From an uncultured Collinsella sp. (lineage in GTDB: Bacteria > Actinomycetota > Coriobacteriia > Coriobacteriales > Coriobacteriaceae), in contig CATYJC010000001.1 of NCBI GenBank assembly GCA_958407555.1, positions 1,188-65,187 on the forward strand: a stretch of DNA of 64,000 nucleotides, written 5' to 3'. The notes below the pieces were generated by a model. That model searched no databases, was not told where the DNA came from, and saw nothing but the letters and a program-made list of their open reading frames with translations. This document shows, piece after piece, positions 18,273 through 28,065 of the stretch; position 1 is the first letter of the stretch; every line of letters starts with the position of its first letter. Made by a program: the position numbers and the translations under genes.

Positions 18273-19460
18273 ATGACCGAGTTCCAAGAACTCCGTCGCT
18301 ATCGCCGCGATCTCCATCGCATTCCGGAGCTCGATTTCGATCTTCCGCTAACCATCGCTTATATCGAGGGCGTGCTGGCACCGCTTGTTTGCGAGGTGAC
18401 CCATCCGTGCCCCAGCTGCGTCTGCGCTTTCTTCGATGCTGGCGTTGGCGCCGCACATGCCACGGCGATTCGGGCCGACATGGATGCGCTGCCCATTGCC
18501 GAGGCAACAGGGGCAGCGTTCGCCTCGACCCATCCCGGCAAGATGCACGCTTGCGGACATGACGGACACATGGCTATGGCACTTGCCGCCGCGACGCATG
18601 TCGACCGTACGATTCGCGAGCGGCCGGGCGCCATGAGGCGCAACGTGCTTTTTGTGTTCCAGCCGGCCGAGGAAACGACCGGTGGTGCCAAGACGGTATG
18701 CGAGAGCGGTGTGTTCGAGCGCTACGGGGTCGACCGCATTTTTGGCTTCCATGTGTGGCCCGATCTGCCTGCCGGCGCGTTGGCGAGTTGTTCCGGTCCG
18801 CTGCTAGCGCGTTCGAGCGAGACGCATATCCATATTCACGGTACGAGCATTCATATCGCTAAGACCTATGGTGTACCGGTCGAGGAGTCGCACGATGCGG
18901 CACTGGCGGCAGCAAAGTTTTTGGTTGCCGAGCGCGAGCTGATGGACGAGCTGGGCACCGACGAGCCCTGTATCGGCAAGTTTGGTCTGCTGCAGGCCGG
19001 TACGGTTTGCAATGCGGTGGCGGGGGAGGCCCATGTTGCCGGCAGTCTGCGTGTGTTTACGGACGACATGTTCGACCGTGCGCGTGAGGGCGTGCGCCGC
19101 GTGCTTGATGAGGCATGCGCTGCAACGGGCTGCACGTACGATCTTGACTTTGCCGAGGGCTATCCGCCGGTCGACAACGACCCCGAGTTGTTTGCCAATG
19201 TCGCGCCCGCCTTGCCCGAGCTACAGCTCGTAGATGAGCCTTTGCTGATTGCCGAGGACTTCGCTTTCTATCAGCGCCATCTGCCGGGCGTGTTCTTCTT
19301 GCTGGGCACGGGCGTTCCTGTCAGTCAGGATAATCCGAGCGACGCCGAGGGCTGCCCCGCCTATGCCACGAGTGCCCTGCATACTGATACTATGCTCTTT
19401 GACGAGGAAGTCCTGCTCAAAGGCCTCGATGTCTACAAACGATTACTTGACTTGGAGTGA
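18273..19460 (+). CDS. M20D amidohydrolase, probable N-acetyl-diaminopimelate deacetylase
   Basis: RRDLHRIPE, RADMDALPI, MHACGHDGH, FQPAEE, EDFAFY; divergent from the dapH-containing operon. Confidence 0.8.
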   Translation: MTEFQELRRYRRDLHRIPELDFDLPLTIAYIEGVLAPLVCEVTHPCPSCVCAFFDAGVGAAHATAIRADMDALPIAEATGAAFASTHPGKMHACGHDGHMAMALAAATHVDRTIRERPGAMRRNVLFVFQPAEETTGGAKTVCESGVFERYGVDRIFGFHVWPDLPAGALASCSGPLLARSSETHIHIHGTSIHIAKTYGVPVEESHDAALAAAKFLVAERELMDELGTDEPCIGKFGLLQAGTVCNAVAGEAHVAGSLRVFTDDMFDRAREGVRRVLDEACAATGCTYDLDFAEGYPPVDNDPELFANVAPALPELQLVDEPLLIAEDFAFYQRHLPGVFFLLGTGVPVSQDNPSDAEGCPAYATSALHTDTMLFDEEVLLKGLDVYKRLLDLE

Positions 19461-19786
19461 CGATGGGGCGACGCCGACAGACTGCCGTTTATAGTCCCGG
19501 TGGGTGTGGATGCGGCTTGTTGTTGCTTCCGGTCATCGCCGTGAGCATTGGCGTGATGTTTGCGCTTGCTGGACTGGCGGCAGCGGCACTTGTGCTGTTG
19601 ATTGTGGCCATTGGCGTGACGATTTGGCTGTGCCGTTCTCGCGAGCAACGTCGTGCCGACGGCAAGACCAATGTCGGATGGGTCTTCTTCCTGATTATTG
19701 CGTACCTGCTGAGTGTTAGCTACCTGGTGTTCTTTATCCTGTTGATGATGAGTGCCTTTACCGGGGAATCCGTCACGGTGGGGTAG
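19457..19786 (+). CDS. Small hypothetical membrane protein (2-3 TM)
   Basis: GTGA overlap with the upstream stop; long hydrophobic segments. Confidence 0.65.
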   Translation: MTMGRRRQTAVYSPGGCGCGLLLLPVIAVSIGVMFALAGLAAAALVLLIVAIGVTIWLCRSREQRRADGKTNVGWVFFLIIAYLLSVSYLVFFILLMMSAFTGESVTVG

Positions 19787-19816
19787 GCTTCGACGAGCCT
19801 CTTGAGGATGAGAAAA

Positions 19817-19850
19817 GGAGCCGGATGGGAAATGCCCCCATCCGGCTCCA
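19817..19850. terminator. Hairpin between convergent genes
   Basis: GGAGCCGGATGGG..CCCATCCGGCTCC preceded by AAAA (T tail on the minus strand). Confidence 0.7.
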
Positions 19851-19873
19851 TTGCTCAATATTGGCGTGCACTT

Positions 19874-21193
19874 CTACTCGGCTGCCTCGCGGCGAGCGAC
19901 CTCGTCGATCAAGATGGCGTCGCCGTGTTTGGCGGCGGCAATGCTCGCGGCCATAAACATGCCCATTGCCGTGATGTAGGCGAAGAGCATCGACGGCGCC
20001 ACGTCCATGACGATGCCGGAGAGAATCGGTGTCGCCACCTGAGCCGCCATGCTCACGGTGTAGTAGTAACCGGAGTAGCGGCCTACGCTTTGGGAGCTGC
20101 AGCACTCCAGAATCATCGTGTACACGCACAGGTCCACGCCGCCCAACGCGACGCCCATCAACAAAAAGACGCCGTACAACACGGGCGAGAAGCCGGGTGC
20201 CAGCCAAAGAAGCGCGGGGCACAAAACCATGATGACGGCGGTGCCCAGGGCGACCTTTTTGCGGCCGATTTTGAGCGAAAGGTTTGCCAGGGGTACGTAG
20301 CTTAGCAGCGCGCCTGCAATCGTCACGATATTGATGATGGCATAGGAACCGCCCTCCATGCCGTAGAACATATCGGCATAACGGCTGATATTGGTGGTCA
20401 TGGCGTTATAGCTCATGTAGTAGAAAAACGTTGCAGCGAGCAGCATGATGATGGAGCGGTGTACGCCGGCGTCTGCAACGCGATCTTTACCGCCGGCCTC
20501 GGGGGAGTCATCTTTGTCAATCTGATCTTCGTCGATGCCCATGGACAGCGATTTCTCGCGCATCTTTTCGACGAGGGCGGGCTCACGGACAAAGATGCCG
20601 TAGACAACGGCCGACACGAGGATAAAGGCGGCCTGCAAGATAAAGAGCGGAAGATAATTGGGTTTGTCGGCCCTGGGAACCATGACCGAGATGGCGACGA
20701 GCATAAGGCCCGTTCCCGCATAGCCGACGATCTTCTCGATTGAGTCCGCCTTGGTTCGAAGTGGGCGAGGCGTAATATCGGCCACGATGGCAACCGTCAT
20801 GGTGCGGTAGGCACATATTGCCAAAAGCGTGAGGATAATCGCGCCAATGAGCAGAGGTAGGCTGCCCATGTTGTTGGCGATCGCGATGAGCGGGACGGAG
20901 AGCATTGCCACCGCGGAGCCGCCCAAGATGAAGAGCGTTCGACGCCCGAGTTTGCTTGCGCAGCGGTCCGAGAGGATGCCAAAGAGCGGAAGCAGGAACA
21001 GGCCAAAGACATTATCGATGGCCATGATCGCACCGGTGAGCGAGTTGGATAGGCCAAAGGTCCCTGTGAGCATCTTGGGAACTATGCCGTCGTAGACCTG
21101 CCAAAAGCTGATCATGCCCATAAAGGGTAGGGAGGCGAGGGCGACGGCCTTGGTGTCGAGCCGGGCCGCCCGCTTAAGATTTGGTTGGGTCAT
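19874..21193 (-). CDS. MFS transporter (GPH/SLC45-like)
   Basis: About 12 TM; FGILSDRCASKLGRRTLFI motif A; long central loop. Confidence 0.9.
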   Translation of the reverse strand: MTQPNLKRAARLDTKAVALASLPFMGMISFWQVYDGIVPKMLTGTFGLSNSLTGAIMAIDNVFGLFLLPLFGILSDRCASKLGRRTLFILGGSAVAMLSVPLIAIANNMGSLPLLIGAIILTLLAICAYRTMTVAIVADITPRPLRTKADSIEKIVGYAGTGLMLVAISVMVPRADKPNYLPLFILQAAFILVSAVVYGIFVREPALVEKMREKSLSMGIDEDQIDKDDSPEAGGKDRVADAGVHRSIIMLLAATFFYYMSYNAMTTNISRYADMFYGMEGGSYAIINIVTIAGALLSYVPLANLSLKIGRKKVALGTAVIMVLCPALLWLAPGFSPVLYGVFLLMGVALGGVDLCVYTMILECCSSQSVGRYSGYYYTVSMAAQVATPILSGIVMDVAPSMLFAYITAMGMFMAASIAAAKHGDAILIDEVARREAAE

Positions 21194-21246
21194 GCTGGTT
21201 CTCCTGGTCGGTAAAAGCGGGGAGGGGCGCTATCGGCCCTCCCGTC

Positions 21247-22668
21247 CTACAGTTGTCCAAGGTTGGCGAGAAACGCCACATAGAATTCGATACCGCGCTT
21301 GTAGACGTCGACGCCGATGCGTTCGTTGGCGGCATGGATGAGCTTGCGTGCCTCACCCGAGTAGATAAAGCCGCAGAAGCGGTAGACGCGATCGCAGATC
21401 TCGTTGAACTCGCGCGAGTCGGTGCAGGAGTTCTGCACGTAGGGAGCAAAGCCGGCCTCGGGATAGACACCCGACACGCAGCGATGGATGTAGTTGAAGG
21501 CGGCATCGTCTTCGTAAGGCGAGATGGGCGCGGGCTCGGTGTAGGGAATCGCCTCGTTGATTTCGACGGTGACATGGTCGGGGCTTACGCCCGAGGCGCG
21601 GCACTGCTGGGCGGCGAGCTTGCGGGCGCGCTCAACGGCATCGGCGATACTCTCAAACGGAGCGATGCGCACGTTGAAGTTGGCGCGAGCAACTGGTGGC
21701 AGCACATTGTGCGCATTGGAGCCTTCGAGCTGCGTGAGCGCGTAGGTTGTGCGCAGCATGGCCGAGGTCTCGGGGCTGGCGGCCATGATCTTGGTAACCG
21801 CGGGGCGCGTGAGCCACAGGTTGCCAAAGATTGCCTGATACGTCGCGCTGCTACGGGCACCCAACTCGGTCAGTGTAGCCTCGACGGCGGGCGTGAGCTG
21901 CGGCTTGCCGGGGTTGGCCGAGATAGTCTCGCATACACGGCAGAGAAGACGGCAGGCATCGTTTGCCGCAGGCGTAGAGGCATGGCCGCCGTCGGCGCGC
22001 GCCGTGACGGTAAGGTCGACGTGGCCCTTCTCGGACACACCTACCATGGCAACGGGTTCGGTGACGCCGAGCGGGGCATTGGTTGCCACGGCTCCACCCT
22101 CATCGAGCACCATATAGGGATGGATGTTGTGCTCGCGAAGCCACTGCACTGCATGGGTTGCAGTAGGCGCGGCGATTTCCTCGCCATCGCTCGAGAAGAA
22201 CCAGACATCGCGCGGGGGAACGAAGCCCTGATCGATTAGGTGCTCGGTGGCCTCGAGAAAAGCAGAGACGATGCATTTGGTGTCGAGTGAACCGCGGGCC
22301 CAGATTTCGCCGTCGATGATATCGGCTCCAAAGGGATCATGCTTCCAGTCTTGGCCCTCGACGGGCACGACGTCCTGATGCGCCATCATGACGATGGGGT
22401 CCAAGGCGGAATCGGCGCCAGGCCAACGCAGGAGCATGCCAAAGTCGTCGACGCGTGTGAGCTCGGCGACTTTAAAGAAATGCGGATAAAGTCGCTGAAG
22501 CGTGGGAATCCACTGGTTGAAGGGCTCATTGTCGCGCTCGGCGATGCTCTCACGCGAAACGGTGGGGATGCGCAGCAATTCGCAAAAGCGCTCGACGGCT
22601 GCCTCGTCTGCCTTGTAGGTGCCTGCATCAAGAGGCGCGCCCTGTGCGACCGATACCGATGCTCCCAT
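21247..22668 (-). CDS. M20A amidohydrolase (carboxypeptidase S/PM20D1-like N-acyl-amino-acid hydrolase)
   Basis: AHQDVVP, RGSLDTK, GEE, VLDEGG, GGHAS, TDSR, IHAANE metal-binding motifs. Confidence 0.85.
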   Translation of the reverse strand: MGASVSVAQGAPLDAGTYKADEAAVERFCELLRIPTVSRESIAERDNEPFNQWIPTLQRLYPHFFKVAELTRVDDFGMLLRWPGADSALDPIVMMAHQDVVPVEGQDWKHDPFGADIIDGEIWARGSLDTKCIVSAFLEATEHLIDQGFVPPRDVWFFSSDGEEIAAPTATHAVQWLREHNIHPYMVLDEGGAVATNAPLGVTEPVAMVGVSEKGHVDLTVTARADGGHASTPAANDACRLLCRVCETISANPGKPQLTPAVEATLTELGARSSATYQAIFGNLWLTRPAVTKIMAASPETSAMLRTTYALTQLEGSNAHNVLPPVARANFNVRIAPFESIADAVERARKLAAQQCRASGVSPDHVTVEINEAIPYTEPAPISPYEDDAAFNYIHRCVSGVYPEAGFAPYVQNSCTDSREFNEICDRVYRFCGFIYSGEARKLIHAANERIGVDVYKRGIEFYVAFLANLGQL

Positions 22669-22778
22669 GGTGGGACTCCTTTCGTGTTGTATATCGAATA
22701 TGTCAAGATTATCGCCCGCACCGCGCGTGGGAAACGGCGAAACACGTTGTTCATCTGAGGGCGGCGGGTCGGACAGTC

Positions 22779-23222
22779 TTAGCCGACGATGACCGTGCCG
22801 TCTTCGGCCACAGTGATGGCGTCTCCCGTCGATACGGCATCGAGAAACTCATCGCCCAGGTTGTCAATGGTGGGCATGGGGGTGTCGGTCCATACGCCCG
22901 AGAGAATCGCGCCAGCGGCGGCAAGACTGTCGATGGGTTTGGAAAACAACAAGCATGCGGGTTGGCGCCCCATTTTGGTGGCGCAGAAGAGCACCATGCC
23001 GCCTGTGGTGGAGCCGATGGTCTGCGGAAGGCACAGGGCGCATCCCGCCAAAGGTTTGCCGTACAAGTCGGGATTGTTTTGGTCGGAACACGTGGCCTTT
23101 TTGTCGCCAAACATCAGTGCCTTCTGAAACGATGCGAGTGTGTTGAGCCCTCCGTGAGAGACGAGTGCCTTGGCGTGGGCAGTTCCGGGGACAACGACGC
23201 GGCCGTGAAAGATTTTTTCCAT
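22779..23222 (-). CDS. Aconitase X small (swiveling) subunit, DUF126
   Basis: GRVVVPG.A.A.ALVS, DL.GKPLAG..L.LP...GSTTGG, DSLAAAGAIL, I.TGD.ITV. Confidence 0.85.
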   Translation of the reverse strand: MEKIFHGRVVVPGTAHAKALVSHGGLNTLASFQKALMFGDKKATCSDQNNPDLYGKPLAGCALCLPQTIGSTTGGMVLFCATKMGRQPACLLFSKPIDSLAAAGAILSGVWTDTPMPTIDNLGDEFLDAVSTGDAITVAEDGTVIVG

Positions 23223-23236
23223 GAGGAGTCGCCTTC

Positions 23237-24526
23237 CTATTTGATTGGTTTTCCGGTGGTGACGTAGGCGAGCACCTCGTCGTCGGTGTAGTAGCGCGAT
23301 GCCGAGTACGTACGCAACTTGTTGGAGTTGGTGATGATGGGCATGCTGCCGCACAGCGGGTTGTTGGTGTACATAAGCGGGCAGATGCTCGAGACGACGG
23401 CGCCGGTAGTCGAGAGGCGTCTGTATGCCGCAGTCTTGCGGAAGGCGTCTGCCACAGATGGGGCGGCGGTCAGCACGGTGGGTACTTGCACGCGGCGGTT
23501 GCCGGAGGCGCTCAGCCCATCGCAGATAGCGTCTGCCCAGTGGGCGAGTTGTGCAGACGAGAGATGGGGGCAGCCGATGAAGGCCAGCTTGGGGCGCGCG
23601 CCCGGGTTCTTCCACATAACGGGGTAGCTCGAGCGGATGCGTTCCAGCTCGGCGTCGTCAATGCGATAGATTTGGGCGTCTGGTGCTATGAGTTGTTCGC
23701 CTTGTTCGACGGCCTCGGGCGTGATGCCGTCCACGTGGTAGAGCCCGACAGCGCCGTTCGATGCGCTGGCGGCGCCCATGTCCTTAAGGTAGTCCTGCGT
23801 GTCGGGTGTGAGTTCGCGGCCAAGCCAACAGTCGAGGCCTTTAATGTAAGGGACGTCTTCCATCACCTTCATGCCAATGGCGCTGCCAAGCACTTGCGCT
23901 TCGGGCTTGCGCTTACAGTCGACTTCGATGATCCAGGTCGCCTTGCGGCCCTCATCGGTGAGCAGGCCGAATTCCGGGACAAAGCCGGCAATTGAGCCGA
24001 ACATCTCGATGATGCCGGAGTTGCGATTGCAGCGAGCGCCCAACACGGAGTTGGCAAAGACCACGGCGCTGCTTTCTGCCCAGCTTAGGATGTCGCCACG
24101 CCGAGGTCGATTGCCAACCTCGGGCTGGTAGCAGGTGCAGGTGAAAGCATCGCTGTCCAATAGACCCATGCTGCGCAGCTGTGCCTCATAATCGTCTTGT
24201 TTGGAATACATAATCTTGAACAGCAGCTTTTGCAGCGGGTTGGCCGGGACGGCGGGGTCGAGGGGCCTCGGGTCGACCGAGAATGACTGACCGGACAGGG
24301 CGCCGTCTTTCAGCAGCTCATCCATAAGGTCATAGACTGGACCGAGCATGGAGAGGCCAAAACTTGTGACAAGATGACCGTTTGCGCCGGTCACGGGAAC
24401 CATACGCTCGGCGCCAAAGCATTCGCCGTACATAACGAGGGTCTTGACCACTTTGGCCATGGCGGGGCCCTTGGCGCCGTCGAGCAGGGCTTGTTGTTGG
24501 GAGGTCAGGTTCATCTGTGAGCCCAT
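23237..24526 (-). CDS. Aconitase X large (catalytic) subunit, DUF521
   Basis: FTCTCY, SWAESSAVVFANSVLGARCNR, GAASASNGAVGLYHVDGITPEA, IGCPHLS, ICP, TNSNK. Confidence 0.9.
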   Translation of the reverse strand: MGSQMNLTSQQQALLDGAKGPAMAKVVKTLVMYGECFGAERMVPVTGANGHLVTSFGLSMLGPVYDLMDELLKDGALSGQSFSVDPRPLDPAVPANPLQKLLFKIMYSKQDDYEAQLRSMGLLDSDAFTCTCYQPEVGNRPRRGDILSWAESSAVVFANSVLGARCNRNSGIIEMFGSIAGFVPEFGLLTDEGRKATWIIEVDCKRKPEAQVLGSAIGMKVMEDVPYIKGLDCWLGRELTPDTQDYLKDMGAASASNGAVGLYHVDGITPEAVEQGEQLIAPDAQIYRIDDAELERIRSSYPVMWKNPGARPKLAFIGCPHLSSAQLAHWADAICDGLSASGNRRVQVPTVLTAAPSVADAFRKTAAYRRLSTTGAVVSSICPLMYTNNPLCGSMPIITNSNKLRTYSASRYYTDDEVLAYVTTGKPIK

Positions 24527-24535
24527 CCTTTCGTG

Positions 24536-26857
24536 TTAGATATTGGTGCCGAGTCGGTATGCCGCACGGACCGCTTCGAGCACGCGGCCGGGTGCAAACC
24601 CATCGCCGATGTTATGCATCTCGTCTGCGGCGTGTGTCTGCTGCAGTTTGTAGAACAGCGCGTCGTCGGGGTGTCCGCCGCAGGCAATGATTACCAGGTC
24701 GCAGGTTAGCTCGAGTGACTTCCAGTCGTTGCCGATTTTGGGTGCGAGCGGGTTTTCGACGTTCTCGGGCAAGACCGGTGACCACGAGACGTAGGGGTCG
24801 GGAACGTTTTTGTGGCAGTTGCGACTCAAGTGGAGACGCGCACACCTCGATGGGGCTCCAGACTCGCGTTTGCCGTCGACCTCCGCGCGTTCGACGCGTG
24901 TCATATTGAGAAGCCGCACATTGCGTCCCCTGAGCGCATGGAGTAGGTGGCCACGATTTGCCGTACAGGCGCCCTGCATCATGTGAGGCAGCATTTCAAT
25001 TACGCTGACCTGTGGTATGCCGTGTTCGACGGTGAGCCATTGGGCAACCTCGCAGCCCACGGCCCCTCCGCCAATGATGGCGACGGTTTTGGCGGTACCA
25101 AGCAGCGCGGGTTGGCGCAGTAGCTGCGTTGCCTGCACGGCGTGGCCCGATGCTGCAAGCTCCGTAAGGCCGGGGATGGGCGGTATCGCATTGGAAGTGC
25201 CTGTCGCGCACACGGTTGCGTCGAAGCCTGCTTTTGCAAGATCTTCGGCGCGTGCTGCCCGTCCAAGCTCGAGTGTCAGGTTCCCGTTGGGTTTTTCTGT
25301 CTGCTCGCGCACCTGTCGAACAAGATATGATCGGTAGTTATCGAGGTCGAACTTGATCCGGGCGGCGCTGGCGGAGAGGAGTTTTCCTCCAAGTTCATCT
25401 TCGGCGTCGATGAGCTTTACGTCGTGGCCGCGACGCGCGGCGATTAGCGCACAGACCATCCCGGCGGGTCCGGCTCCTATCACCGCTATGCGTTTGGATT
25501 CTATGGCGGGAGCGGGTGTCTGGGGCATGAGGTATTCAAAGCTGCAGCGTGGATTGACGGCACACTGCGGATGGCCCCCTTCGACAAACTCGTTGAGGCA
25601 TCCTTCCTGGCATCCGATGCAGGGGCGAATATCTGCCACGCGACCGGCGTACGCCTTATTGGGCCACTCGGGATCCGCAAGTAGCGGGCGTCCGAGCATG
25701 ATCATATCGGCGTCGCCATTGCGAAGGGCGCGTTCGGCAATGTCGGGGTAGCCCAACTTACCCACCGCGACAACGGGTACGGGAAGGCCGGCATTGGAGC
25801 GGATATTGTCGGCGGCAAAGCGCTCCCGAACGGCGCGCGCCACGGGAACGAAGCAGCCTGCGGGCATGCTCGCGGGCGGATGGGGCATCCACCAGTTGTC
25901 GTAGCAACCCAGGTCGACGTCAAAGATGTCTACTCCCGCCGTCACGAGTTCTTCCATATAGCACAGGGTCTGTTCGACCGTGCGGCCGCCGCGCATGCGT
26001 CCTAGATAGGTCGAATTCATGACCTGCTCGTCATAGGTTTCCTCGAGTGCAAGCGAAAGGTCGATGCGGTACATGATGGGGTAGTCGGGCCCAACGCGGC
26101 GACGGATTTCTTTGACCATATCGAGGCCAAATTGACGCCAATCGGCATAACGTCCGAGCTTGCGATGGTTAAAGGCGGGGTTTCCGAGCTGCTCGATAAG
26201 ATAACCTTCGTGTCCGTGCAAATAGACGCCATCGATGCCCATGGCATGGGCATCGGCCGCCGCTTGGCCGATATTGTTTACGATACGGCGCAGCTTTTGG
26301 TCCGAGAGGCGCATGCATGGAATGGCGGGGATGTAGTAGTTAGGCAAGAAACTCGCCGAGACCGGAAACTTCTTTTGCGTGATGAGGCATTGCGGGTTGC
26401 CCACGCGGCCGAGTCCAGCCGTAAGCTGGACAAAAATGCGCGATCCGAAGGCATGAACGCCTTGGGCAAGGTCGCGCCAGCCTGCCATAACGGTTCGGCT
26501 TCGATCGATGCGCGGGAAATAGGTGAGCTTGTCCAGCTCGGTGACCGTGGTATCGATGCCGTGGCTTACCGGCACGAGTCCTGTTGTGATGAGACCGCAG
26601 CCGCCTTTGGCGCGGGCGAAAAAGTACTGCAGCATCATGTCACTGGGGCGGCCAGTTTCCTCGCACATGTCGATATTGCCCATCGGTGCCATGACAATGC
26701 GGTTTTTGACGGTGAGCTTGTTAATTTTGATGGGAGAGAAGAGCTTATCAAAAGGATAGAGCTCTTGTGTCATGCGGGACAATCCACAACCGGAATTTTT
26801 GGCGGGCCAGCTGTCGAATGAGTCGACGAGTTGCTGCACCAGTACGTCTTTTCCCAA
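24536..26857 (-). CDS. Old-yellow-enzyme family FMN/FAD/[4Fe-4S] oxidoreductase, 2-enoate-reductase-like
   Basis: KNRIVMAPM, RAKGGCGLITTG, LHGHEGY, CIGCQEGC-X11-C, VIGAGPAG, IIGGGAVGCE; TTG start after an AAAGGAA RBS. Confidence 0.9.
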   Translation of the reverse strand: MGKDVLVQQLVDSFDSWPAKNSGCGLSRMTQELYPFDKLFSPIKINKLTVKNRIVMAPMGNIDMCEETGRPSDMMLQYFFARAKGGCGLITTGLVPVSHGIDTTVTELDKLTYFPRIDRSRTVMAGWRDLAQGVHAFGSRIFVQLTAGLGRVGNPQCLITQKKFPVSASFLPNYYIPAIPCMRLSDQKLRRIVNNIGQAAADAHAMGIDGVYLHGHEGYLIEQLGNPAFNHRKLGRYADWRQFGLDMVKEIRRRVGPDYPIMYRIDLSLALEETYDEQVMNSTYLGRMRGGRTVEQTLCYMEELVTAGVDIFDVDLGCYDNWWMPHPPASMPAGCFVPVARAVRERFAADNIRSNAGLPVPVVAVGKLGYPDIAERALRNGDADMIMLGRPLLADPEWPNKAYAGRVADIRPCIGCQEGCLNEFVEGGHPQCAVNPRCSFEYLMPQTPAPAIESKRIAVIGAGPAGMVCALIAARRGHDVKLIDAEDELGGKLLSASAARIKFDLDNYRSYLVRQVREQTEKPNGNLTLELGRAARAEDLAKAGFDATVCATGTSNAIPPIPGLTELAASGHAVQATQLLRQPALLGTAKTVAIIGGGAVGCEVAQWLTVEHGIPQVSVIEMLPHMMQGACTANRGHLLHALRGRNVRLLNMTRVERAEVDGKRESGAPSRCARLHLSRNCHKNVPDPYVSWSPVLPENVENPLAPKIGNDWKSLELTCDLVIIACGGHPDDALFYKLQQTHAADEMHNIGDGFAPGRVLEAVRAAYRLGTNI

Positions 26858-27080
26858 TGAGGTTCCTTTCAGATGTTGACAAGGTAACAAAGCAGTTTAC
26901 GTCTAAATGTTTAATAGTCAACAACAAAGGCATGAGTTAGGTGAAGGAAGAAAGGGACTAATGAGTGTCAGATGGCAAGCTGTGTTGCGACATTAGCTCC
27001 CAGCTAATGAATTTGAGCTCGCTGCCTCCTACGATGTGCTGTGTGCCGGCGCGGTAGCCGGATCGTAGGAAGGATGCATA

Positions 27081-27524
27081 ATGGCAAAAGAGGGAAAGAA
27101 GCCGATTGGCAAGATTGTCCTAGGCGTCATCGTGGTGCTGGTTATTGCCGGTGCCGTGGGCTCTATGGGCGGCAACTCAACCGATTCGTCTGCGAACGAT
27201 TCGGCAAAACCTGCCGAGACGACACAGCAGGCTGAGGAGCAAAAAGAACCGCAAGAACCGTATACCATTGCTGACGAGGCTGAAGACACCTCCAATCAGT
27301 TTGCCTATAAGATCACGGGTACGCTGATCAATAACACGGACAAGGAAAAGAGCTACATTCAGATTGAGTATGTTCTGTATGATGCTGATGGCAACCAGGT
27401 TGGAACGGCTCTTGCAAACACCAATCATCTGAAGGCGGGCGGCTCCTGGAAGTTCGAGGCGCTGGGCACGGTGCCTCCCGATCAGGTCGCCAGTTGGGAG
27501 CGCTCGGATGTGAGCGGTTTCTAG
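27081..27524 (+). CDS. FxLYD-domain membrane-anchored secreted protein
   Basis: N-terminal TM, S/T/E-rich linker, Ig-like domain ITGTLINNTDKEKSYIQIEYVLYDADGNQVG...L.AG..WKFEA. Confidence 0.85.
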   Translation: MAKEGKKPIGKIVLGVIVVLVIAGAVGSMGGNSTDSSANDSAKPAETTQQAEEQKEPQEPYTIADEAEDTSNQFAYKITGTLINNTDKEKSYIQIEYVLYDADGNQVGTALANTNHLKAGGSWKFEALGTVPPDQVASWERSDVSGF

Positions 27525-27556
27525 CATGTTGCATGCACTGGGGGAGGTGAAGTCGT

Positions 27557-27979
27557 ATGCCCGATAAAAAGCTGACTGAGGAGCTGCTCAATGAGCTTCT
27601 CGATGCGCCAAGCATTGATGGCTATATCAAGGGGCATGACTTTGCCGCCCCGTCGCTTTCGGACTACTTAAAGCAGCTTCTGCAAGAGAAAGGTCTGGAG
27701 CGTTCGCGCGTGGTGCGTATGGCCGACCTCAACGAGACGTTTGGCTATCAGATCTTTACCGGTACGCGGCATCCAAGTCGCAATAAGGTGCTGCAGATTG
27801 CCTTTGCCATGGCGCTGACACTCAAGGAGGCCAACCGCGCCTTGACGGCGGCAGGCGCCAATATCCTCAACTGCAAGGACCGCCGTGACGCCATCATCAT
27901 TTTCTGTATCGATCGTGGCTGCAGCCTGCAAAAGGTGAACGAGGAGCTGTATCGCTTTGGCGAGGAGACGGTGAGCTAA
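27557..27979 (+). CDS. XRE-like helix-turn-helix protein
   Basis: LSDYLKQLLQEKGLERSRVVRMADLNETFGYQIFTGTRHPSRNKVLQIAFAM.L...EA..L....RDAIIIFCI. Confidence 0.8.
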   Translation: MPDKKLTEELLNELLDAPSIDGYIKGHDFAAPSLSDYLKQLLQEKGLERSRVVRMADLNETFGYQIFTGTRHPSRNKVLQIAFAMALTLKEANRALTAAGANILNCKDRRDAIIIFCIDRGCSLQKVNEELYRFGEETVS

Positions 27980-28065
27980 CGGTTAGCTGCCGGCGGAGGC
28001 GCCGTTCACGACATTTTGAACGTGCAGGGCACGGGCGTCATGGTGCGTCCGTGCCCTGCGCTATT

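Noticed and set aside
24536..26857. Calling the flavoenzyme bilirubin reductase BilR or bile-acid BaiCD/BaiH
   Set aside because: The active-site segment is HGHEGY rather than the HGDR motif of BilR, and no bai CoA ligase/transferase or SDR genes are adjacent
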